From the human T2T-CHM13v2.0 reference genome, Homo sapiens, in assembly GCF_009914755.1 (NCBI RefSeq), contig NC_060927.1: a stretch of 64,000 nt of DNA. One strand, 5' to 3'. Each line of letters opens with the position of its first letter. Position 1 is the stretch's first letter. A model generated the notes under the pieces. That model was not told where the DNA came from. It was given only the letters and a program-made list of their open reading frames with translations, and did not search any database. Made by a program: the position numbers and the translations under genes. This document shows, piece by piece, positions 30,937-43,430 of the stretch.

Positions 30937-31133
30937 TAAAACTCTGCTCTAATTAAAAGCTTATTGGGTATTATACTCAAAAAATTCATAATTAATATTT
31001 TAAATCATTCTTTACATTGTTACCTAGAATATAAGCAACTTAAAAATACATTAATAAATTAAATTTTTCAGAAATGTGCTTGTGGTCTGCTGTAGCAGCA
31101 ATAGAAATAGCCCAACAAAATAGCTTAAAATGT

Positions 31134-31139
31134 TTTATT
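31134..31139 (-). terminator. CD47: Distal poly(A) signal candidate AATAAA
   Basis: AATAAA with upstream UGUA elements (TGTAAATA at 31172-31165). Confidence 0.6.
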
Positions 31140-34100
31140 AAGTATATATAATATTACAGGGTAATATTTACAAAGTTATGTTTTTTTTTAAATAAAAAAG
31201 TACCTTGGCAAAGATTGCAGATATTCAAAGCTTTAAACAGTGATAAATTGATTTAATACATATAAAAAAAAAAACCTTTAACGGTAACACAGCTGTAAAA
31301 CAACTTTGGTCTTCAAATCACTGCAAAAAAATGGCTACTGACAAATAGCACACCTTTAATTGCTATGCAAAAAAGCTCCAAGAGAGGATCTTGCACATAG
31401 CAACACTGGAGTTCTCTTTATTTAGAATGGTTAATAGATATTTATACGATGTGGGATCTAATTCTCAACAATGGCTTTTTGTAAATAATGCTCCATTTAA
31501 TAAAAACAAAATGTTTTCTTCTCTCACCAGTCATGATAACAACACTTTTAAGATTTAAGATGTTGTCTTACAGAGGAGCTTAGTACAAATGCTTTCTTTT
31601 TTTCAAAAAGAGAAATTTATGAGAAAGCTGGTCTTCAATGATCTTAATTAAGAACTGTCAAAGCTAAAGGCAGAAAAACTGCCTGGTCACTCACTGCTCA
31701 TCTCTTCAAAGTTACCTGGATTATCCCTATTAGTCACTGAAAATGACCTAACAAAGGACCCCAGCAGGTGATGGCAGTTAGTAATTTTAAAATATGACAC
31801 AAGTAAAACTGTTTATAAAAAAATCCCTCAACCAAATAAAATACAATAAAAAATAAACGGTTGCCCGACAATCATTTCTCCAGTTTCCAACAACAGGTAA
31901 ATTAAGGAGTATGTGTTTCCATACATACACCACAGATCCCCATTTTTGAATACCCATTTTAAGACAAGAGAAACCTAGAAGGTTGATTACAGCTTAATTT
32001 TTATTACTGAGATGGAGGAGTAAACTTATCGTGTTTTGAGCTTTGTTAGTGCAAATAACAATTTGGTGGTCACTTACTAAATTGACTATAGCATCCTGAA
32101 AAAAGAAATATTTCCAATTACGGGATAGCCCTGTTATTTTAATTCTGACATTCTTAGGGATTTAAACAGAATGGACCTGGAGTTTCCAGGAGAAAAATAA
32201 TCACCTTTGAAGGTTTTTAGAGCATGTGAAATTAGTCAAAAAAAAAAAAAAAAAAAAAACAGAAAGAAAGAAAACTCTCAAGCTCACCCTATTAAAAAGT
32301 GATAAATCTAAATACAGCCAACTCTCAATCATTTAACTTATGTACCTAGCTTCTGATGTATGCAAAACACTGCAGGAAGAGAGAATGAAAGAAAGAAAAG
32401 CTCTAGCTATAGAAGGAATTTTAAAATCAAGGAGAAGAGCAAGGCCAAAAAACTAATAGAACTAAGCAGAGATGCATAAAGTACTATAGGAATGGTAAGT
32501 TAAGAGACAAAAGAGCAGCTACACAGATGAAGAGGAACTGCAAAGGAGAATGTTTTGAAGGAGAAGACAAATAGAATTTGGCAAAAGTAGCTGGAAAGGT
32601 TGTTGCAGAAAAGGACAAATGGTGTCACTGTGAGAACACACAATAAATAAAACTGAATGGAAGAGTCAACAGCAGAAACTGGGATCAGGGAGTAAAAAGC
32701 ATATTATGGGACAAAACAGATACATGATGTGCAAAACACTGTCTGCAATTTAAATGTGATGTGATGGAATTTGGGAGCCATTACAAATCTGATTTAAAGA
32801 GAAGGAACTGGCCCAATGATGCCCAAGCAGGAGGACTCCTGCTTCTGTGGTCACTTATCCAGAGAAGCTGACAACTAGTGAGAGCAAGAGTTGGTTTCAT
32901 CTGGCATTTCCCCCACTATCTCTGGTGGCATTGTCTAGGGCAGTGAATGCCTCAAAAGGCAGGCAGCATTAAAGAGAACACAATGGATGGATGAGATCCA
33001 AGAGCGAACCCCAAATAAATGAGAGTTTACTACATATTAAAAGGTACAACTTTAGTTTATAAAAAATTTTACTATAAAGATTTTCATACCTTTTCTAATA
33101 GGAGCTTGGATCTTTTTCAAGTCCATCTGCTTTTCCCTCCTTTCATCAAAACTGATTTTTAAAGTAACAAACTAGGTTAGCAAAATGTAAATATTTTCAG
33201 AAGGAAAAAGTGCTGCAGGAGCCATCAGATTTGTATAAAGGAATACAGCTCCCTCTATATATGTTATTATTTTGGACAGCTACACAATCAAGGAAGAATA
33301 TACATGTGTGTATATACATACGTATATATAGATATACGTATATATTTGTGTATACATATTTTTTTTTTCAAGAAGAGCTGTCTTGCTAGTATGCTCAGTT
33401 TTCTGAGAGGCCTCAGCAGGTCATAAATTTAGGTTTGCCATGGGCAAACTACTTGGTCCCAACATGAAATATGACAATCAATTTGGCATAAAAGAGGCAC
33501 ACGGGAACATCTGATGGACTAAGAAATAACTATTATTAATGCAACTACAAATATGAATATCTTATTACACAAACAGGAAGAATTACGTATTTTTACAGGG
33601 TATTGGTGAGCAGTCAAAAAGCGTGGCAAATTACCTAGAAGTTTTAAAAGTTTTAAGTGATCAAATATTTGCATCAAATATAATTCCACCCAATAAAGAA
33701 CTTTGTATTTAAATGTTTTTACTAAAAGCACAAAATTAACCTTTGCTCTCCTGTAGGTACCCCACCTTTGTCCATACAGAAGATGCATGTGCCTATCTCA
33801 TACGTATGCACATACAAACACACATCCACAAACAGGTAAAAAACGAATGCTAAAAGTCTAAAAGTACTCCAGGCGATCACAACTGTCAGAACATTAATTT
33901 TCTTCTAACCAGGATAGGAAATGTGGGTTTTGTTTACTTTTCAATCATAGGGGAAGGGGAGTACGAGGCAGGACTACAGGAGGAAGGTGATGAATGTTTA
34001 TCATGCAACATAGATACAACAGTAATAAATCCCCATTCAAGGGCTGGCCTGTTGGCCTGATGGTGACACACATTTTGTTGCCATGCAGGAGACTCATAGT

Positions 34101-34891
34101 TCAAATTTCAATCTTGCTTTTTTCATGCCCCAGATCAGAAAAGAAGTGAAGAAACACTGTAGATTTTTGCCTTCAAATCAGAGGAAGGGAATACATATGT
34201 TACAACCATAGCTATTTTTGCTGAAAAGTGTGAACACAGTGCTCTGAGAACAAGTCTGGCTCCTTCCTGCAACTGGTGCTACCGTGTCACTAGACCATGT
34301 TCAAAGAGGAGAAAAGGTGCTACATCTTGTACAGCAGAAGCAAGTAACAGGAGGACAAGACAGGGTTTCAAGGGGTTATGTGAATAAAAGGAAAACATAT
34401 CCATCAATAAAAGTACCCTAAATCTGGGAAGGACCTGTTACACTGTTTGTTGAAGGGGGAATGTGGGAATGGCAACCCCCAAGAATGAGGACCACTATCT
34501 CCATCAATATCACATCATACGGAGATCATACAAGATGCTCCCAACCAAATTCCTGCCTGTACTTAATTTATTATTCCATTGACCCAGAAGTGGCAGACAC
34601 CTCTCAGCTAATGCCATACTGCCATAACTGCCCAAAGCTGCTGTGAACCTGAGTTGGCAAAGGTTTGATGGAAGCCACTGGTTTTCATAGATATCTCTGG
34701 GTAATCACCAGGGCAGTGCTAAGTAGTTATCACCCTGAACCAATTTAAACTGGTTACCTAGAGGCCAGAGGCCCTAGGACCTGAAAGGCATCATTCTTGG
34801 AAATTGTCCATTCTACTATTGCCCCTAATTGATTAAAAATAACAACAAAAAACTGGATCTCAATTGGGCAAACAACATAGATCATAATTAT

Positions 34892-34897
34892 TTTATT
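34892..34897 (-). terminator. CD47: Proximal poly(A) signal AATAAA (short 3' UTR isoform)
   Basis: tttatt on the + strand about 190 nt after the stop, followed on the mRNA by GU-rich TGTTGTTTG; consistent with the known short CD47 UTR. Confidence 0.85.
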
Positions 34898-35082
34898 AAC
34901 TAAATTACAGCTGCTTTGAATAAAAACTTAACTAACAATCACGTAAGGGTCTCATAGGTGACAACCAGTTACTTTTCTTGTTTCTTCTCCCCAACAGTGA
35001 ATCATCAAGGCCATGGTGCTTAAACACAAGTGTATTCCTTTCACGTCTTACTACTCTCCAAATCGGAGTCCATCACTTCACT

Positions 35083-35091
35083 TCAGTTATT
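35083..35091 (-). CDS. CD47: CD47 exon 11 coding part: NN* (TGA 35085-35083) after exon 8, or E* (TAA 35089-35087) after exon 7, 9 or 10
   Basis: ttttccag|AATAACTGAAG; reproduces the known ends ...PPRNN* and ...MMNDE*. Confidence 0.97.
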   Translation of the reverse strand, partial: NN

Positions 35092-35894
35092 CTGGAAAAT
35101 TGAAAAATGAACACATAATCACTATTCGTGTCTATTTTCTATCCATTAAAAAGTTGACACATTAAAAAAAGTTTCAGATATATAGTATCTAAAAATTAAG
35201 AAAATAGACCTGCAAAGGTCAGAGACAGAAACCAGGCAAATCATTAGCCTTTTTAATTTCAGTAAGAAAAAGGCCAATGCCAAATGAAAGTAAAAAATCA
35301 ACAGAGTCTGATAATCTCTGTTTGCTGGGTTGGCTGAGGAAAAGCCAAGAGATGTTGATTTTTCAAAGCAAAAGATGTTGATCCTAGAATAATATTCTAT
35401 AATATTCACTTTGGATCTCCATCATTCATTTAATGTAAGTAAAATAAACATCTGATCAGCTGTAGATGAAAGAGAAAAATGGTACTGACTCTGATCCCTA
35501 GGAAGCACCCTGAACCTCATTCATTGACAAGGCAGACATACTGTAAGCAATAAGCAGTTGTCAGTGGGAAGTACCCACCAGCCAGACATTTTAAAAACAA
35601 ATTCTGATCAGCTGAATATTAGCAAAATTAAGAGAATCTTGAAGATCATCGTAGATTTCATCACAAATATTCAAGGCAAAACTGTTTTACAATATTTCCT
35701 GATGCAGTAGTTTAAAAAAGTCACATCTTAAGAGAAATTAACAAAGGAAGAGGCACTCAAGATTCTTAGATTGCTTTCCTGAAAATGGAGAAAAGTTTAG
35801 TTTCTTCATACAGCTACAGAACAATGACACCACCAAGGAAAAGGAAAGGACATAGAAATTAAAAAAAAAAAATAGGACATCAGAATGTAAACAT

Positions 35895-35973
35895 GAACAA
35901 ACCATGCCACAATTCCTGGAACAAACCATGCCATGCCACAGTTACCAGAACAAACCATGGTCACAATTCCTGG
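35895..35973 (+). repeat. Three-copy 24-29 bp tandem repeat in intron 10
   Basis: gaacaaaccatg-ccacaattcctg units starting at 35895, 35919 and 35948. Confidence 0.85.
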
Positions 35974-36125
35974 TACTAGTCATTTTATGTTTTGTTATGT
36001 CTTTTAACTTATTCCTGTGAACTATAGTCTTTTTTAGGAGGGTAATGGCTTATATAACAAGACATGCTTTTAAAGGCTGTGACACAAACATACAAAAGTA
36101 GGATCATTCTGTGACTCCATGCTGA

Positions 36126-36480
<355 letters not shown>

Positions 36481-36889
36481 GACTGGAGTGTTTTTAATCT
36501 TATGCAAATATTAATGACACTTGGGGGGAATATAGCTTCCTGAGTTAAATGCTGCACTTTGCTACAGAAGAGGGCAGGTAAGGTCACAGACTTTAAAACA
36601 GTAAAATATAAAGCAAACTATTTACATGACCGAGGAGTGATTATAAATATCAAAGGTAAGAAGACATTTTTTGATAAGATAAAAACATAAACATAATTAC
36701 TAAATGCCAACAAAACTGAGGAATCATAATATGTTAAGGTAAAACCAAAATAAATGCTTGTAGCACTCAATATCTCAAACCTATGTATCTTTAAGAACAA
36801 ATATATTTCTTTGAAATATTCTATAAAGATTAGAAGTTATTAGCCCAGAGTTCTTAAAAAAAAAATGGAAGCAAAAGCTGAGGACGAAA

Positions 36890-36891
<2 letters not shown>

Positions 36892-36935
<44 letters not shown>
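36892..36935 (+). repeat. (TC)22 microsatellite
   Basis: Read directly. Confidence 0.95.
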
Positions 36936-36939
<4 letters not shown>

Positions 36940-37409
36940 TCTCTCTTTAATCATCTCCCAAAAGGTTAGAACCAAGCTCCTGATTGGAAAAGCAGAGATG
37001 TTAAGTCCCCATGGGTTAAATGCAACAAAATCACCAACACAAGCATAAAAGAAACTCTGTCAAAATGATAAAGATTTGTGCCAGATTATTTATGTGCCTT
37101 ATAAAAGGCATCTTAAAGTTACAGTCACCAGACACGGAATCTGAAAAACATTTTACAAAAAGTGGTAATTTCTCTTTGCTGGGAGCCATATGACTGGAGT
37201 CTGATTCGTGACACCCTACAGTTTTTACAGTAGTAGTTTTGCAATTTTTAGCAAAGTAGATTTAAGTTGTATACATCAAGAAATGTGAACCTTTATCATC
37301 TGACAGTGTCCCTTTTACTAAAAAAGAGCCACATTTTCAAGAAGCTTTTTTGTTTTCCAATGTCCATGTTTTAACTGATCTATAATTATTAAGTGCATTT
37401 TATACTTAC

Positions 37410-37442
37410 CATCATTCATCATTCCTTTTGATTCTTTGAATG
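37410..37442 (-). CDS. CD47: CD47 exon 10 (33 nt alternative micro-exon), (A)FKESKGMMND(E)
   Basis: cctag|CATTCAAAGAATCAAAAGGAATGATGAATGATG|gtaagt; phase 1-1. Confidence 0.97.
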
Positions 37443-37909
37443 CTAGGATTAGTAACAAGCCAAGCAGGCAGTTAGTGAGGTTCCACAATTGGAAATCATT
37501 TCTAAATAAACAAATATGCAATGATATGCTAACTAGTCTACAACTCTACAGCCAAATTAATTGTAAAGCTATCATTTCATTATGTAGCCTTTCTGTGGAT
37601 CATACCCACAGCATTCACAAAGGAAACAGACTTAGTTGGGAAATCAGATCTAGGTTTACAAAGAAAGAAAATGAGATGTTTTGGTCTATCTCTGTGGCAA
37701 TAGCCTGTATCTTTCTAAAATGTGTACATCACAAATTGGAAGTAATTGGGATCCTTCTCTACTAGGGGGTGCCATGCTTCGTCTCAACCAGTAGCAAAAG
37801 GCAACGATCCCCTTGCCCAAATATCACTTGGTTAAGGTAAGCAGCTACTTAGACACAGAATAGTGCATTTTTCCCAGTGGTGAGAATATTATAAAAGTAA
37901 TATTCATAA

Positions 37910-38225
<316 letters not shown>

Positions 38226-38368
38226 TCAAGAGTAGAGATGCCAAGGAAAGAAAAAAAGAGGAAAAAAACCTAGATTCTTCCTAAGGCATAGACAGGGCAT
38301 TCTAACTGTTTTGCGGGCCAGATCAAATTATGATCTGGTAAAGGATTAAGAGTGAAATAACCACATAC

Positions 38369-38393
38369 CATTAAGGGGTTCCTCTACAGCTTT
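38369..38393 (-). CDS. CD47: CD47 exon 9 (25 nt alternative micro-exon), KAVEEPLN
   Basis: ttttcag|AAAGCTGTAGAGGAACCCCTTAATG|gtatgt; phase 0-1. Confidence 0.97.
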
Positions 38394-39729
38394 CTGAAAA
38401 ATATTTAAAATATATTTACATAAAAATATAATTTATGTCATGTCATTTTATAGTAAAACTTATATATGCTAATATTTAAATTACGTAGTAAGCAGTAAAT
38501 CCTACAGTCAAAAAAAAAAGAAAAAACAAAACAACGAAATAAGCCTGTAAATGTTAAAGCAAAGCTTGCCAAGTCGGGTTAATAGTTTAATAATAACTGT
38601 ATTATTCTCTTAATATTATTTTTCTAAACAGAATTTCCCACTTCACCACTCTCAGCTCAAGAAATTCTAACTTCTAAAAATATGAAAGTGCAAGCATAAA
38701 TAGCAACAACAGAATAAATAACACAGTGAAGAGGTGGAAGCAAAACAGAATCATCTTTAAGTATCGCAAATTGAACTCAGTAACTGGGAAAGAAAATGTG
38801 TTAGGATTCACAGGTCCAGTTAAGTTGCTGGCCTCTTGTGACCAACATAGCTATGGCACCAATCTTTCTAGAATATACCCCTGTGGTAGACACACATACC
38901 CGCCCCACCTGCCCTTTAGGCACAATGAGGCTTGTCAGACTTAGAAGCATATGTGACCTCTACCTCTGGCCACAGACAGAAGACTCTCTTTGGCATTCCA
39001 GATACATCTATCATCACTCCGTTATAGGAAGCTAAGTACAATATAATCCTTTCCAGAGCTTATGTCCACAACATACCTCTTGGGCCTGTCACTGTGATAA
39101 GTCTATGTTTATAAATATGCTTTTCTCTTCATTTATGCCCTCCTAAAATTACTCCTTTCTTGCAATTTCCTCAGATGGCTTAATAAGGTATCTAAGGTAC
39201 AATGAAACCTTAAGCACAGTTTTAAGGGAAAAAATGTTTATAAAACATTTGTATGGGAGAGGATCGAATCATAACTCCGAACAGATGTTTTCAGCAATAT
39301 TTACATTTATTTTATAGATTATAATTATCAGTGATGTCAACTTAGTATAGATTTCTCCTCATTTTTAAGCCTGAAATTGTCATTCTGTGTATGCACATCC
39401 AATGAATCCAACAGGTGAGGTGATATATTGGAATCAGCTTCCTTCTGATTGCAGAGATAATATAGCCATTATTCCTACTTTCCAGTTTTGGGTGTGAGAA
39501 GTCAGTACAATCTTAAGAAATCATTTATTCCATCCCATTGACACTAAAATGACCAAACACAGGTTTTAAAATAGAACTGGACCCATTCATGCAAAGGTCA
39601 TGCAATGACTTCAACATTCTCTTAATTTGACGTGAGACAAAACAGATAGCAAAATATCTCAATTACCAAGTTCCTCAGTCTAATCCCTCAAATGATCATT
39701 CACAATTCATTTAATAAACTTTAACTTAC

Positions 39730-39761
39730 CCTAGGAGGTTGTATAGTCTTCTGATTGGAAG
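39730..39761 (-). CDS. CD47: CD47 exon 8 (32 nt), (A)SNQKTIQPPR, cytoplasmic tail
   Basis: atcag|CTTCCAATCAGAAGACTATACAACCTCCTAGG|gtaagt; phase 1-0. Confidence 0.98.
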
Positions 39762-40463
39762 CTGATATAAATAACAAATAAGAATATAAATTTAATAAAT
39801 GAAATAAACTAAGGCATTTGGTAATGTTTAATTTTAAGATAAAATGTTCAGGGCTAAAACTAAAGGTGCCAGAGATGTTAATGAAAGAGTTCCAGCTCTG
39901 ACAGTCTATTCAAACATGCTGAATATTCTTGATTATATACACTGATTTGAAAAATGAAGCAAATAACCCATCTACATCAAATAGTAAACACATTCTCTCA
40001 TTTGTTTATGCCATCTTTCCCCCAAATCAGCCACTTGTTACACTGGCTGGTGGGAAAATGCTGTCACCAACATACCCCCACCATGGGTGCTCCATCCTCC
40101 CTCCTCTATCTACCCAGAGTGTAGACAGAATGTGCCAGAATTTGTCCCCACTACTCCATCTCCCTTAGCTCACTGCTCCTGTGTCTTACAAGCTCAGTCT
40201 CTTTCTCCACATCACTCCCTGGGTCTTTCCAGTTTCAAAGCTCCAAAGAGCTAACAAACTAAAGAAAATACTCAGATAGCTCTGAGTATTCCTCTATCTA
40301 TTTCTTCTTAGCTTTCTGAGTTGCCTTTTTCACTGCTTCCAAATGGATTCATTAATGAAGTTGAAGGAATACAGTACATGAGCAAAGTGACGAAAGGGAA
40401 AAAGAATACCCTAGTTGGGGAGGGAAGAAGAGATAGCTTCCTTATAAAAAAAACAAATGAGAA

Positions 40464-40790
40464 GGCTGGCCGTGGTGGCTCATGCCTGTAATCCCAGCAC
40501 TTTGGGAGGCCAAGGCAAATAGATTGCTTGAGCTCAGGCATTCAAGACCAGCCTGGGCAACATGATGCAACCCTGTCTCTACCAAAAATACAAAAATTAG
40601 CTGGCGTGGTGGTGCATGCCTGTGGTGCATGCCTGTAGTCCCAGCTACGTGGAAGGCTGAGGTGGGAGGATCTCCCTCGTCCTGGGAGGCAGAGGCTGCA
40701 GCGAGCTGGGGTCGTGCCACTGCACTCCAGCCTGGGCGACAGAGCGAGACTCCATCTCAAAAAATAAAAAAACCCAAAAAAACAAATAAA
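40464..40790 (+). mobile_element. AluJ (intron 7, antisense to CD47) with an internal 13-bp duplication
   Basis: Dimer; ggtgcatgcctgt repeated at 40611-40636. Confidence 0.9.
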
Positions 40791-41892
40791 TACAGAATAA
40801 GAATCCTACAGATGGAAAAGCGTTGAACAGAAACATGCCATGAACCACTCAGCAGGAGGGGGATCCTACTGAACAGAGAGGCCCATTCCGCTGGGACCTG
40901 GGCTGGATGACAGCACTGGATTTTCTCATCAGCAGATGGAGGCACGCCTCCAGGACTGCTCTGTGTTCCTTACTATTTATTTACCACCACTGCACACTCG
41001 AATTCTGTCAAGCTTCCAAAGCTGGCAGGGAAAAGGGTGGGTCCTGACCCAAGGAAAGCCAATCTGTGAGCCAGCCAAAAGCTGGTGAGTCTTTCTCAAA
41101 CAGGAAAAATGGCAACAGACTGGACTGACAAGTTTCTCCCTGCCACTGGACTCTAAGAAGAAACAGAAAAAAACCCAGAAAGTTGGTGATGGGAAGGGAA
41201 AGTGAAAAAGAAACAGAAAGGAGACAAGGATGAGTCCAAAGCTGTAGGTAAGAAAAGTTGTCTGTGAGAAGGCATGAATAGGATAAAAAACAGTGGCATA
41301 AACAAGAGGGTGAGCTAGCTGGCTAATAGGCAAAGAATCAAAGACAGAGGAACTCAGGAACTATAACTGACAGGGGCATCACCTTACTCTTGCTGCTGAG
41401 AGGGCAACACGATGCTTCAGTTCTTTGATATGGAATGGATCCTTCCAATTCCTAGACTACATACTGTCCCACCCCTGTGAGGCCCAGTTATGTATCTGAG
41501 CTCATAGGAGTCCAGTTTCTGTTAGTGCCATGGGCGGCTTTAAATAGGCCTCCCTTACTGTGGAGGAACCTGGGGGAGTGACTTGGTCCTTGTATCCAAA
41601 CAAGAAGCCAACCTCTTTTTAAAGTAGAACAGGGTAAAATGGGTTGGGATGCACTACATTTAGCAGCCTCCCCAATAAACTAAGCAGAAATACAGAGCTT
41701 TATTTGGGAACATCAGGATAGTTACATGTATATACAACTGACTTCAATGAAACCATGCCTTATATCTATGTTCTACAAAGAAAAAGAGAACTAAACAACT
41801 ATCTAAATTTCTGATGGTAATATGGAAGTTCAGAGATAAGGTTTTAGAGTTACATTTTTGAGCTCATAAATGTATTTATCAGAATAAACACT

Positions 41893-42029
41893 GCCAGGTG
41901 TAGTGGCACATGCCTGTAGTCCCAGCTACTTGGGAGGCTGAGGTGGGAGCATTGCTTGAGCCCAGGAGCTCGAGGCCAGCCTGGTCAACATAATGAGACC
42001 CTGTCTCTAAAAACAAAACAAAACAAAAT
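41893..42029 (+). mobile_element. FLAM-like Alu monomer
   Basis: Single arm with a (CAAAA)n tail. Confidence 0.85.
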
Positions 42030-43390
42030 AGAATATTGCTAACCGCCAAGTAACTCCTTTTCTTCCCTAATAATGTAGAAAGAATACTTTCTAGTTCTAA
42101 ATCTCCGATCCAAGGGATGTCACAGTTGGCTGGCCCATTCTGAAAAAAAAAGATTTATGAAGAATGGTACTTCAAAGGGACATCAGTCAGTTGTGATCCC
42201 TCTAAATATTATAAAACCAAACAGTGTACAAGTTAATTTCACCTGAGTTAATTCTCTCCAATATGGATATAACCCATGTGACAAAAGAATTATTACGATT
42301 TCTGCTGCTACCATGAGCCTAAGACATTGACAGCCATATATATATATTTTTTAACCACAAGCCTTAAGCATTCCATATGAGCATACTTGCAATGCTTCTT
42401 GATTTGTTCTTCTCTCCCTGAAACATCTGACTCCATGCCATAAATACATTTCCAGGGTTTAAATTTTTCAGAAACATTTTTTCTATTGATACCAAATTTA
42501 CCTCTCCTTAAATTGAACAAGAAAATATCTGAATTTGTATCTATACATAGATATAAATTCTACGTATATATTCTGCATCTGCATCATTCTAAAATATCTG
42601 GGATGTTGTGGTAAATATGGTACTTACTGCTACCAGATTGATTTGTATCAAAACACTATATGCCCTTATATTGAACTAACTGGTAATGGCTTTAAAAATG
42701 AGAAAGTATTGATCCTTATAATTATATAAACGTTCTCTACAAACAACAAGCCCAACTTTAGTGAGTTTGGTTAGGTTCTTGTAATCTTTTCTATGCTTTC
42801 ACATTAAGTTATTGTGCCCAGTCCTTTTTCTCATCTTATAAAATTAAAATGCTTCCAATAAAAGAAAAAAAATACAACACAGTTTAAAAAGTTAAAAAAT
42901 AGAAAGTGAAAGTCACTTTCACAGAAAGTTGTAGAAAGTGAAAGGCCTACTCTTTAAAATAGCAAATTAAGGCTACAAATTTAAAGTTGGAAATAATAAA
43001 AATTATAAAAGTTAAAAATCTCATAGCGACATTAACTTCTTCTTGAAGAGAAAGCTTGGATTTTTAACTATTTGAGGATTTTATTGCATTTAAATCAAAA
43101 CACAATCATTAGGCTTTTCTAAAACAGAACACGTGCAATGAGTAAAAATTATTTTGGAGACACTTAAAATTTTAACTTCCTAATATAAACGCTCAAATTT
43201 GCAACCTTAATGTTACATAGATTCAGATTTACACAGTCAGATTATATAAGCAAACCATATTAATGTTCCTCCTAGTCTACCATGTTATCTAAAGAGCAAC
43301 TTTCCTGTACCTTGTCTCTTCTTGCCTTTCAACTGACTGTAGGTGTCCCTCTGAACCCTGGCATCAGACAAGTTGATTTAAAAAGTTAAT

Positions 43391-43430
43391 TTAGGATACT
43401 ATCAATAAAATTAGGACACTATCAATAAAA
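43391..43430 (+). repeat. 20-bp tandem duplication
   Basis: ttagga(t/c)actatcaataaaa x2. Confidence 0.85.

Larger units (their letters stand above)
30910..35082 (-). other. CD47: CD47 long 3' UTR (about 4.2 kb, AU/U-rich)
   Basis: Alu-free AT-rich stretch from the stop codon to an ATTAAA followed by a GU/U-rich tract; U22 tract at 32238-32259. The exact 3' end is approximate. Confidence 0.9.

Noticed and set aside
33295-33360. Alternating purine-pyrimidine tract in the 3' UTR
   Set aside because: Degenerate (TA/CA) microsatellite; AT-dominated, so a poor Z-DNA candidate.
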